39,256 nucleotides of DNA from Kiritimatiellia bacterium (GCA_017629735.1 JAGBWQ010000117.1:1-39256); one strand, 5' to 3'; positions 8,501 to 16,249 are shown, counted from the stretch's first letter. The notes: generated from the letters alone by a model not told the origin. Made by a program: numbers and translations.

Positions 8501-8652
8501 AGGCCGCGCCACAACGCTTGCAAGCGCGCACTCTCTCCGGGATAGGCATATCCTGCCATCGAGAAGAAGTACACAGCCGCTGAAAGAACCGCAAGAATCA
8601 CGCCTGCGATAAGATCGCGACGGCGGTCGGTTTTGATGATTTCGTCGTTCAT
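5506..8652 (-). CDS. Large polytopic membrane protein (GT-C / DUF2723-like N-terminal domain) with C-terminal TPR array
   Basis: About 370 aa with more than 10 hydrophobic helices, and YPGESARLQALWRGLD in the first loop. A soluble linker follows, then about 430 aa of TPR-like repeats. I place the start at ATG 8652 (MNDEIIKTDRRRD) because AAAGGAG lies 8 nt upstream. The ORF-track TTG at 8676 is less likely. Confidence 0.75.
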   Translation of the reverse strand: MNDEIIKTDRRRDLIAGVILAVLSAAVYFFSMAGYAYPGESARLQALWRGLDVSSAVYYPVMKFVASFFGASNFMAPILGIAAVLLLYRCVLVFTRARLHSESVFRMAPSVSRMAAVVAAVVFLFSPAVRGAASHIEPRLFAAVIALVSVSFLISYAHSESSGKAYAFLALSGLVAGAGFCDSVFFAPLLLVATFVVVRSELLAGRSPYIALAILIFSFFALFFSVFTLAGFDISGYIAHCSSDISQCTRPGWIFVAAFSTLPFVAVLFSSERVYNEPLSIVQFIYQIALSLLAVLSIATAFTPSSLMDVWGEFPVFTSAFAAFVAGHLASYWWLRRSNAFAFSSFAVLVFVFGFASIWNFFTFDRNRGAFADKIASRALADLGERNWLITDGLIDHHLLLQAQKQGKDVTLISLARDSDQVYIKYLDKLIREKNVGGSKNEHLSMSLSLGVLPFVQDWLACDPSVTKKVAVWGAPDLWFSAGFSPIPEFLFFGADEKVSLSDWSDWPEYDKLLSVPEGWGSYKSSRGVDPITRLRYSLRRHFGLVANNRGVYLQDQKRDDEAFAFFERVLGEIDTDNVSALFNEVEMAGRKHEGAEAKRAALESRIKALIDDKTRRYAIWRLSSFYGYIRNPDMFVRLGFSWARTGRPGDALAQIRRAIEFVPREKQLALLNMMAALYANDNDSVKSREMYQKVLQAKADDHDALIGMMRLELLQGDQKAALSYLERAVAASPGEGRRAKMELAMIAMMKGNLAEAKKTLLKLTDESPKDMLAWSFLAAVSMQQWDATKDAKVRDALRKEISDIYLPAMEKNTTNPYDYYVQITKAFLMMRSGEGKLRLARDAFAAAARARPDSMAAHDMVLGLDISLDDEVSAEVHARDVLYRNRDAPLANYVMGSLFIGKGSYSQAEMYLRKAADAPRPNVLAMNDLAEVLRRSGKFEEAERYARLATKKAPEFYLVWETLGVILMDAGKDPEEAEKCVRQAIEIQKKSGVEKEDIRVWTSLARAQILRGDKKGARLSLRKVRSRVSELTEYEKREFMEMEKRAK

Positions 8653-8672
8653 ACAATCGTCTCCTTTTATTA

Positions 8673-9947
8673 TCAAACTTTTGCCAAGGCTTGCTTGAGA
8701 TCGGCGATAAGATCGTCAGGATCTTCCAATCCGATGGAAAGCCTGATGAGATCTGGAGGAATGCCTGCCTCCATAAGCTGCTTGTCGGTAAGCTGGCGAT
8801 GAGTGTGCGAAGCTGGGTGCAAGACGCAGCTCCATGCATCAGCCACATGCGTGACGATGCCAATCATCTTCAGCGCATCCATAAACTTGATCGAAGCTTT
8901 GCGCCCGCCCTTGATACCAAAGGTCATAACGCCGCAAGGTGAGTTGCCATCGAACTGCTTCTTGAGAAGCTTGCGATACTTCGAATCGGGAAGGCCTGCA
9001 AAGTTAACCCACGCAACCTTCTTCTGAGTCTTGAGCCATTTAGCAATTTTAAGAGCCGACTCCGCATGGCGGCGAATACGCACATGAAGAGACTCAAGGC
9101 CAAGATTTACGAGGAACGCATTGAACGGCGAGGGAATCGAACCGAAGTCGCGCATGAGCTGTGCGGTGCACTTTGTGATGAAAGCAAGCTTTCCAAACTT
9201 CTTCCAATAGCTCAAACCATGGTACGACTCATCTGGCTCAACAAGGCCTGGGAACTTGTCGGCATGCTCACCCCAATTGAAGTTGCCGCTATCGACAATG
9301 CACCCGCCGACCTGGCTGGAATGTCCATCCATATACTTCGTCGTAGCGTGAGTTACGATATCTGCACCAAACTCGATCGGCCTACAAAGAATAGGAGTCG
9401 GGAAAGTGTTGTCGACGATAAGAGGAACGCCATTCTTGTGGGCAATCTTCGCAAACTTGGCGATATCGAGAACAACGCCCGAAGGATTGGCCACTGTCTC
9501 TCCGAAAACACACTTCGTATTCGGACGAAACGCCGCCTGAATCGTCTTAGCATCCGCATCTGGGTCAACAAAAGTAAACTCAATGCCGAGCTTCTTCAGC
9601 GAGACGGCGAAAAGATTGAATGTACCGCCATAGATCTGCGCGGAAGAAACGACATGGTCGCCAGCAGAGCAGAGATTCAAAATGGAATAGGTAGACGCCG
9701 CCTGCCCCGAAGAGGTAAGCATTGCCGCAACGCCTCCTTCAAGAGCTGCAATCTTCTTCGCCACTTGATCGTTCGTGGGATTTGCAAGCCTTGTATAGAA
9801 ATAGCCCGACGCTTTAAGGTCGAAAAGATCGGCCATGTGCTGCGTCGTATCGTATTTAAAGGTCGTTGTTTGATAAATAGGAACCTGTCGGGGCTCGCCG
9901 CATTCCGGACGATACCCTCCCTGCACGCAAAGAGTGTCAATTTTCAT
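8673..9947 (-). CDS. metY: O-acetylhomoserine aminocarboxypropyltransferase / sulfhydrylase (PLP-dependent Cys/Met metabolism family)
   Basis: MKIDTLCVQGGYRPECGEPRQVPIYQTTTFKYD at the N-terminus, and the PLP-lysine region VTHATTKYMDGHSS. 424 aa. Confidence 0.9.
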   Translation of the reverse strand: MKIDTLCVQGGYRPECGEPRQVPIYQTTTFKYDTTQHMADLFDLKASGYFYTRLANPTNDQVAKKIAALEGGVAAMLTSSGQAASTYSILNLCSAGDHVVSSAQIYGGTFNLFAVSLKKLGIEFTFVDPDADAKTIQAAFRPNTKCVFGETVANPSGVVLDIAKFAKIAHKNGVPLIVDNTFPTPILCRPIEFGADIVTHATTKYMDGHSSQVGGCIVDSGNFNWGEHADKFPGLVEPDESYHGLSYWKKFGKLAFITKCTAQLMRDFGSIPSPFNAFLVNLGLESLHVRIRRHAESALKIAKWLKTQKKVAWVNFAGLPDSKYRKLLKKQFDGNSPCGVMTFGIKGGRKASIKFMDALKMIGIVTHVADAWSCVLHPASHTHRQLTDKQLMEAGIPPDLIRLSIGLEDPDDLIADLKQALAKV

Positions 9948-9956
9948 ACTTGCGGT

Positions 9957-9965
9957 ATTTTACCA
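9957..9965 (-). promoter_or_regulatory. Extended -10 box TGGTAAAAT, 9 nt upstream of the metY ATG
   Basis: The reverse complement of 9945-9965 reads TGGTAAAAT ACCGCAAGT ATG. There is no SD in the 9-nt gap. Confidence 0.45.
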
Positions 9966-9977
9966 TAAATCACCGCT

Positions 9978-12900
9978 TTAGTGTGAAGAAATGTACTTGC
10001 GTGGGTGAAGGATAAATGCGGCAGCGAGAATGAATACAAAACCTGCCACCGAGAACATATCTGGGATTTGCCCAAAAAGCAGAAAGCCCAATGTTGCCGT
10101 AAAGAGAATATTTGAATAATCGTATACGGCGATGTCCTTCGGGGCGGCGCATCTATAAGCTATAGTAAGACCAAACTGCCCTGCCGCAGCAGCAACTCCT
10201 GCACCGAGCAAGATGACAACTTGCATAATAGTCATTGGATCGAAGCTTTGCACCATAAATGGTATTGAGGCAAGCATGGAAAATCCACTGAAGAAGAGAA
10301 CTATCAATGAAGAATCTACCTCCATACGCCCAAGCGCCCTTACCGCGGCATATGCGCCGCCCGCAAAAGCACCTCCTAAGAGCGCAATAGTAAGAGGGAA
10401 TGCGTCCGCGCCTGCAAATGCCGGTTTTGCCACAAACATCACGCCCAAAAGCGCAACTAGAAGCGCCCAAATGCGCCGCGCCGATGCCTTTTCGCCTAAA
10501 AACATCCACGCAAAAAGAACGGTAAAGAAAGGCGCTGTCTTATTGAGCGTCTGACATTCGGCAATCGAAACTTTCCCAAGCGCGTAAAAATTGGCAAAAA
10601 TGCCGCAAGTTCCAAGAACTGATCTTAAAACAAGAATAAACGCCGCGCGAGGATTTTGGAATAAATGACGGATTTTAGCACCAATTTGTGTTTTTCCATC
10701 ACTTTTTGCTCGCATAAAAACACAAAGCGCCACGAAAAAGGCTACAATGTTACGAAAAAAGCTTTTCTGGAAGCTGGAAACCTCTCCTCCAAAGTCATCG
10801 GAAAGGCGCACACAAGCAGCCATTACCGCAAATCCAAGTGCGCTTGCAGTTATAGCTAGCGCCCCTTTCGAGCGCCCCGTCTTGGCATTAGAATCGGATG
10901 ATCCTTTCCCACGCCTTGATCTGACCAAGAAAAGCGAGGTGGGAATCGCAAAAAGAAGCGCGAAGACCACTGCACCAACTGCCCCTTCAGCGGCAAGGCT
11001 CCATGGAATGACGAAATAATGAGGCATGCCAGGCCAATGCGCAGAAGTGATCCCTGCAAAATACCAACCGACAAAAGCTCCGATTGGAAGGCCAAACGCA
11101 ATTCCCCAAATAGCCGTCTTAAGCGCGGAAGAGATAAGGCGCACTCCTATTTGCAATGAGGTAGCGCCTACTGCACGAAGAACGGCAAACTCCTGACGGC
11201 GCGCATCAGTCTCTGCGACAAGCATCGCAATAAAGCCAATTGCAAGAACAGCAAGGAACACAAAAGGAACTCTTGCAACCTGCCCTATAACATTCGTTCC
11301 TCTCGCAAGTGTGCCGTCTGCAATCTCATCCCGAGCATGGAGGCGAACGGTCGCCTGCGTTGGATTGCCGAGCAATCGGACAATCTCCTTCTCAACAAGC
11401 CTCCCTGCTCCAAAGACACCATGCTTCGCAAGGAAGTCCTCTTTGTAATCGACCCACAAATGAGTCATCGGTGCAGAAAGCGCAGGATCCACCATAAAAG
11501 TGGAAGGATCAATTTCACCCATAGTATCGAGAGAACAAAAGACAGGCCCATCCGTCATGGGAGAAGCGCCTTTAAGCCCTCGCACGAGCCCGCGACTTGT
11601 GACCATGTGCCAGTTTACATCGACTACTCCAGCAATTGGAAATTTTAAAGTTTCCTCTTTTCCGCCGCGGCGCGATTTCTTCAAGACGGAAAGCTCGCCG
11701 CCTAAATGCAAATCGTACGCACGAGAAAGCATCAAATCCACAACAACGCCTCTACCTGAAAAAATTGCTTCAGACGCACTCTTCCAATCGCCCTCCTTAA
11801 ATGTAAAGGAAGGCAAATATTCGGCAGCGAGAAAAAGAACATTTCTTGGACGCTCGCCCGCGGAAGGAAGAGAAAGATTAAGCTGCCGCGGAACAAGCTC
11901 CGAAACCCTCTTAACACCTTCTGCCTTGCGTAGCGCATCAACCTCATAGCTCGATACACCCCCCGGGAGAAGCGAGACAATTGCATCTGGCCATTGGCGA
12001 GAAGGTACGAATGCTCGCATCAGCGAAGCACCCCACACTTCTACTGCAATAAACGCGGCAAAACCACACGCGTAGGCGATTACCATTCCACGCCGCGCCG
12101 AACGCTTGCGTGATGAAGCAGCATCCATTCCTCTGACACGCAAAACTGGAGAGAGCGAAAAGAGAACAGAAAGAAAAGTTACGACGGGAAGCAGCGCGAG
12201 AGAAATTACTATACGCTTAACATCTATCGCCATGGAAAAGAAATATTCCGACGAGAGCGACACATAAGCAAACAGTGCAAGAAGAGAGACAGTTACACCT
12301 ACCGCCCAACCAATGAATGCCGAAAAGGAAGACTCAAGCATCGCAAACAAGACAAGCCCCTTTCGCGTAAGCCCTATGGCTCTCAGCTTAGCAAGCTCAA
12401 CTTTATTCGCCTCCACGGAAAGCAGAAGAGAATTTACGAGAAGAGAAAGCGCAGTTAAAAACGCCGCGATAATCATCAATGGGCGAACATAATCCATGTG
12501 CCTTTGCCCATCGTCCTTAAACGACTCCACGACTGTTTGACTTTGGGGAGTTAGATAATCTCCATCAGGCGGAAGTTCTCTAAAAAACGAAACGCGCCCA
12601 ATTGATTCCTCGCCAACTAGCTCAAATGCTTTCTTATTCGCAAAAACTGTTGGGAACTCGCGCGGCAAACGACCACCGGAAAGATACCCAACAACCTTTG
12701 CCGACATCGTTCCTTTTGCGCCAACAAACTTAACCTCATCTCCAATTTTAGGAACTTCGCCTTTGCCAGATCGCTGCAATACCTTCTTTACACAAACAAC
12801 TTCCGCCTGCGAAGAATTTTCATCGACCCACCTTCCCTCTTCAAGAGTTACATTGCGGTATGGATTCAATCGAGGAGCGGATGCGAAAAGAACTCTGACA

Positions 12901-13253
12901 GGCGGACCTTGCATCACATGTCCACCAGGTCTTAAGTCGACTGTAAGCGGCAGCGCCCTAAGCGAAAGCACCGCCCCACGAGGAATGCCCTTTTCCTTCG
13001 CTTTAACTTCCTTGCGATCACTTAGCGGCGCTTTTGCCGCGCCACGACGCCGAGGAAAATGTATCGAGTCGACCTTCCACGCAACAAAAGGCGCAGCGGC
13101 TTTTTCTGCCGCCTGCGGCGCTTGCGCAGCATTCGTTTGCGCTAATGATGAGGTAAAGACTAATGCGCCTACGGCGGCGGCGACACCTGCGACTGCACAC
13201 GCTACACGCGCCTTGCCAGTCTTCATGCCGTTTAGCACAAGTTTAAAAAGCAT
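9978..13253 (-). CDS. MacB/FtsX-type ABC permease (two FtsX modules with large extracytoplasmic domains) fused in frame to a C-terminal EamA/DMT 10-TM transporter domain
   Basis: MLFKLVLNGMKTGKARVA is a typical FtsX-family permease start. There are two four-helix FtsX blocks, near aa 270-390 and 670-790 of the track ORF. After the linker SRRGKGSSDSNAKTGRSKG comes about 295 aa of EamA-like sequence (ALAITASALGFAVMAACVRL...). Start chosen at ATG 13253 (AGAGGA SD) rather than the track TTG at 13289. Confidence 0.85.
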   Translation of the reverse strand: MLFKLVLNGMKTGKARVACAVAGVAAAVGALVFTSSLAQTNAAQAPQAAEKAAAPFVAWKVDSIHFPRRRGAAKAPLSDRKEVKAKEKGIPRGAVLSLRALPLTVDLRPGGHVMQGPPVRVLFASAPRLNPYRNVTLEEGRWVDENSSQAEVVCVKKVLQRSGKGEVPKIGDEVKFVGAKGTMSAKVVGYLSGGRLPREFPTVFANKKAFELVGEESIGRVSFFRELPPDGDYLTPQSQTVVESFKDDGQRHMDYVRPLMIIAAFLTALSLLVNSLLLSVEANKVELAKLRAIGLTRKGLVLFAMLESSFSAFIGWAVGVTVSLLALFAYVSLSSEYFFSMAIDVKRIVISLALLPVVTFLSVLFSLSPVLRVRGMDAASSRKRSARRGMVIAYACGFAAFIAVEVWGASLMRAFVPSRQWPDAIVSLLPGGVSSYEVDALRKAEGVKRVSELVPRQLNLSLPSAGERPRNVLFLAAEYLPSFTFKEGDWKSASEAIFSGRGVVVDLMLSRAYDLHLGGELSVLKKSRRGGKEETLKFPIAGVVDVNWHMVTSRGLVRGLKGASPMTDGPVFCSLDTMGEIDPSTFMVDPALSAPMTHLWVDYKEDFLAKHGVFGAGRLVEKEIVRLLGNPTQATVRLHARDEIADGTLARGTNVIGQVARVPFVFLAVLAIGFIAMLVAETDARRQEFAVLRAVGATSLQIGVRLISSALKTAIWGIAFGLPIGAFVGWYFAGITSAHWPGMPHYFVIPWSLAAEGAVGAVVFALLFAIPTSLFLVRSRRGKGSSDSNAKTGRSKGALAITASALGFAVMAACVRLSDDFGGEVSSFQKSFFRNIVAFFVALCVFMRAKSDGKTQIGAKIRHLFQNPRAAFILVLRSVLGTCGIFANFYALGKVSIAECQTLNKTAPFFTVLFAWMFLGEKASARRIWALLVALLGVMFVAKPAFAGADAFPLTIALLGGAFAGGAYAAVRALGRMEVDSSLIVLFFSGFSMLASIPFMVQSFDPMTIMQVVILLGAGVAAAAGQFGLTIAYRCAAPKDIAVYDYSNILFTATLGFLLFGQIPDMFSVAGFVFILAAAFILHPRKYISSH

Positions 13254-13285
13254 CTTATTATCCTCTATCTCGGCAAAGGGGAAAA

Positions 13286-14011
13286 TCAACCGAACGCCTC
13301 AAGATAAAGAGACGAAACATTGGCCGGATCGTGCTTGGTATCGTGCGACGAAAGAACTCGCCCATCACCAAGGAAGCATACTTTGTCGGCAACAGACGCA
13401 ACCACCGGATCGTGAGTTACCATGAGAATCGCCGTCTTCTCCCTGACATTTAAGCCTTTGAAAATTCCACAAAGCTCTCGCGCAGATTTCGCATCGAGAT
13501 TTCCTGTCGGCTCATCTGCAAGAATAATCCTAGGCTTCATGTAAAGAGCGCGAGCTACGGCAACGCGTTGTCTTTCGCCGCCAGAAAGAGACAAGACGCT
13601 CTCCCCGCCACGACTAGAAAGACCAAGAGAATCCAGCAACTCATTCACTCTCTTCTCATCGACTTTACGATGATCGAGCTTTGCCGGAAGAGAAACATTC
13701 TCCGCAACTGTAAGAGACTCGACGAGATTGTACGCTTGAAATACGACGCCCTCATGCCTGCGACGAAAGCGAGCTGCAGCAGCATCTCCCATCGAGGATA
13801 TCTCTACTCCCCCAACCTCTATCCTACCTGAATCGGGAAGAAGCAATCCTGCAGAAAGGTGAAGCAATGTAGACTTACCACTTCCGCTCGGCCCCATCAG
13901 AGCAACGAAGCCCGCTTCTTCAACCTCAAGAGAAAAGTCTTTTAGCACTTCTCTTCTTGATGCGAGCGAGCCATAAGACATCGAAACATTCTCGGCTTTT
14001 AAAGCAACCAC
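13286..14011 (-). CDS. ABC transporter ATP-binding protein (MacB/LolD-like)
   Basis: Walker A GPSGSGKST, signature LSGGERQRVAVARAL, Walker B ILADEPTGNLD. I prefer the GTG start at 14011 (VVALKAENVSMSYG), which is preceded by GGGAGGG, over the track TTG at 14044. Confidence 0.9.
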   Translation of the reverse strand: MVALKAENVSMSYGSLASRREVLKDFSLEVEEAGFVALMGPSGSGKSTLLHLSAGLLLPDSGRIEVGGVEISSMGDAAAARFRRRHEGVVFQAYNLVESLTVAENVSLPAKLDHRKVDEKRVNELLDSLGLSSRGGESVLSLSGGERQRVAVARALYMKPRIILADEPTGNLDAKSARELCGIFKGLNVREKTAILMVTHDPVVASVADKVCFLGDGRVLSSHDTKHDPANVSSLYLEAFG

Positions 14012-14059
14012 TTCAAACCCTCCCAAGCGAAAAACAAAGCGCAACTCTTGCGCGCAGTT

Positions 14060-14923
14060 TTAAAGCACCACAACGCGTCTGCGGCACGCCCAGCACATAT
14101 ATGCGACCGTAACAAAGAAAGAAGCAGGCAATCTTGCTTTTGCCGCCGCCTTCACACCTAGAAGCGTTGTGCGGCCGCCCAAGCCCATCGGCCCTATGCC
14201 AAAAGCATTAGCCTCTTGCAAGACTTCCTTTTCAAGCTTTCTCAATGCAGCATCATTTGGAGTTTTTCTTTCTGCCTTCTCATTGAGAGGACGCAAGAGC
14301 TGCATCTTGGCAGTCTCAAATCCTGTGGCACGATCGCCTCCAATGCACACGCCCAAAATACCAGGCGCGCAACCATAGCCAAGGATTTTCTTAACCGCAT
14401 CAAGAAGACACGCCTTAACGCCTGCCATGTCGCGCCCAGCCCCCAAAGACGCATCTGGGAGAGAATACTGGCGAGACATATTCTCGCTGCCGCCGCCCTT
14501 CATCACAAGGCACACTCCACGAGGAGGAAGCATGGGCACCTCTTCGGGATCCACATAATGGATAACTGGGGCGCCGTCGGCACAATTGTCGTCGTATGAT
14601 TTACCGCTTATCGAATCAATAGCATTGCGGCGCAAATAACCAGCCTCAGTAGCCTTCGCTACGGCCTTTCGCACGACGGCAACCGAAACTTTTTTGCGCA
14701 AGGCAGCATCGATAAAAAATGTAAGCGTGCCTGTATCCTGACAAATCGGGACTGCGTTTTTCTTCGCGAGCGCACAATTGTCGAGAATAGTTTTAAGAAC
14801 CACCTCCGCAGACGAGCCGCGCTCTTCCTTGCGCGAAGAGGTCGCTATTGCTTTAAGCACATCTTCAGGAAGCGAAGAAGATGTATCACGAATGAGATTG
14901 AATATTGTATCGACTGCTGTCAT
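14060..14923 (-). CDS. Fe-S type hydro-lyase alpha subunit (class I fumarate hydratase / L-tartrate dehydratase alpha-type)
   Basis: MTAVDTIFNLIRDTSSSLPEDVLKAI...AVPICQDTGTLTFFIDA...MKGGGSENMS matches the N-terminal catalytic-domain family. Start taken at ATG 14923 (AGGA SD). The longer track ORF would overlap the anti-sigma gene. Confidence 0.8.
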   Translation of the reverse strand: MTAVDTIFNLIRDTSSSLPEDVLKAIATSSRKEERGSSAEVVLKTILDNCALAKKNAVPICQDTGTLTFFIDAALRKKVSVAVVRKAVAKATEAGYLRRNAIDSISGKSYDDNCADGAPVIHYVDPEEVPMLPPRGVCLVMKGGGSENMSRQYSLPDASLGAGRDMAGVKACLLDAVKKILGYGCAPGILGVCIGGDRATGFETAKMQLLRPLNEKAERKTPNDAALRKLEKEVLQEANAFGIGPMGLGGRTTLLGVKAAAKARLPASFFVTVAYMCWACRRRVVVL

Positions 14924-14936
14924 CTTTTTCCTCGAA

Positions 14937-15383
14937 TCAAAGTAGCCCGCGCGCGCGAAGGTTACGCAACGCTTTCCTATAAGCAAGCTTTGCCTCAGGA
15001 CTTGTAGATGCAAGAAGTGCATCTGCATTCCTACGCGTAAGAAAATCGGTCTGCCAGCTTCCGTCTGGATTCTGCGTGCGAATTATTTCATCGATGGCTT
15101 CGTGCGATTTCTCTTCGGCAAGCATAAACGCTGTAAGCTTGCGCTTTTCAATTTTCTGCGCAACTGCGCCTTCCGAAGAAATTGGACGCGAGAACAAACT
15201 AGATACAGAAACGCAAATGCCGCCTATCAGCGCAATAAGCGAAGCCGCTGCGAGAAGCGAGGGCCTTTTCCAAAAGGACGGCTTCACAACCTCCTTCTCA
15301 GCAAAAGCATCTTTCATGCGGGAAACCATTTGGCTGTATTCAGGCCCAAGTTCCGCCAATGTCTCTTCAAGATCTTTCGTCAT
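14937..15383 (-). CDS. Putative single-pass anti-sigma factor
   Basis: 148 aa, overlapping the 3' end of the ECF sigma gene by 17 nt. It has a short cytoplasmic N-terminus, one TM helix (LLAAASLIALIGGICVSVSSLF) and an extracytoplasmic tail of about 85 aa. The call rests on position and topology only. There is no HxxxCxxC zinc motif. Confidence 0.55.
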   Translation of the reverse strand: MTKDLEETLAELGPEYSQMVSRMKDAFAEKEVVKPSFWKRPSLLAAASLIALIGGICVSVSSLFSRPISSEGAVAQKIEKRKLTAFMLAEEKSHEAIDEIIRTQNPDGSWQTDFLTRRNADALLASTSPEAKLAYRKALRNLRARGLL

Positions 15384-15855
15384 CGAAAATCTCCTTGAGT
15401 TTTTTTAGCGCGTTCGACATTCTTGATTTCACCGTACCTACCGGAATCGAAAGTATTTGCGATATCTCAGCATACGGCAAGTCTTGAAAGACCCCGAGCT
15501 CAACAACCTCTCTCAACGGCTCTGAGAGTTTAGAGACAGCCCATCGAACATCACCTTTATCGCCTGGCGACTTCGGTGTATCAATTGTCGGCTGAGCCTT
15601 ACCCCATTCTTCCTCTCTTGCAACGCGCCGTTCAGATTTACGCAGAGCGTCAATCCTAACCTGCCGCGCTATGAGAAAAAGAAATGTTGAAAGCTTTGCC
15701 GTTTGTTCGTAGCGATCACGATACTCCCAAAGACGAAGAAATGTCTCTTGGACGAGATCCTCCCCTTCAGAGTATTCAACGCCCTGGCGCCAAAAAAAGT
15801 TCAAAAGTTTTTTCTCGAATCTGCATGCTTCGAGAAGGAGGTCTTCACCCGACAT
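15367..15855 (-). CDS. ECF-type RNA polymerase sigma-70 family factor
   Basis: Region 2 is EDLVQETFLRLWEYRDRY. Region 4 HTH is LPYAEISQILSIPVGTVKSRMSNALKKLKEIF. 162 aa. Confidence 0.9.
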   Translation of the reverse strand: MSGEDLLLEACRFEKKLLNFFWRQGVEYSEGEDLVQETFLRLWEYRDRYEQTAKLSTFLFLIARQVRIDALRKSERRVAREEEWGKAQPTIDTPKSPGDKGDVRWAVSKLSEPLREVVELGVFQDLPYAEISQILSIPVGTVKSRMSNALKKLKEIFDDERS

Positions 15856-16249
15856 ATCTTGCGACCTCCGAAGCCAAATGGGAATATTCGAGAAAAAGCC
15901 CCGAAAATGCCCATCCTACGGGCAGAAGAGCGCCTAGGATCAAGCCAGAAAGAAAACCGAAAATCGAATCTGCAGGCTGCGCAAGAAGTCCATTAACGAG
16001 CTTCCTAACCAAAACCCTGACAATCCAAAAAGCGAAGAGTACCGCAAGAAGCACGGCAAGGCCTCTCGCCCACAGAACCTCGAAATATATCTCCGAAAAA
16101 TTCCACGCCAAAGAGCCTACGGAAATAGCGGCAACCGAAGCAAGCGCAAACGCAAGCATTCCAGAAAAGCCGCGGAAAAGCCCCATAACCGAAAACACCA
16201 CTGCCAATACGGCAATGACATAATCGGCTGGCTGGAACAATTCTATCAT
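15845..16249 (-). CDS. cvpA: CvpA-family small membrane protein
   Basis: 134 aa with four hydrophobic helices. The N-terminus DYVIAVLAVVFSVMGLFRGFSGML is typical of CvpA. ATGA overlap with the upstream gene. Confidence 0.65.
   Translation of the reverse strand: MIELFQPADYVIAVLAVVFSVMGLFRGFSGMLAFALASVAAISVGSLAWNFSEIYFEVLWARGLAVLLAVLFAFWIVRVLVRKLVNGLLAQPADSIFGFLSGLILGALLPVGWAFSGLFLEYSHLASEVARYVG

Noticed and set aside
10866-10919. The possibility that the FtsX-EamA fusion is two genes with a TAATG stop/start overlap (TAATG at about 10887-10891 on the minus strand).
   Set aside because: In the sequence as given, neither the TAA nor the ATG is in the reading frame of either half, and the ATG frame terminates after about 10 codons. 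The fusion therefore stands unless the assembly has an indel. It is kept as a finding with that caveat.
14924-15028. N-terminal extensions proposed by the ORF track. Examples are 14060-15028, 19595-19642, 20752-20775, 27940-27975, 30372-30398, 31153-31203, 33577-33723, 8653-8676, 13254-13289 and 14012-14044.
   Set aside because: The extensions overlap neighbouring genes or predicted promoters, lack an SD, and add non-homologous residues ahead of well-known family N-termini (signal peptides, prepilin leaders, MFCYQCQ of Hcp). Internal starts with good SD sequences were preferred.
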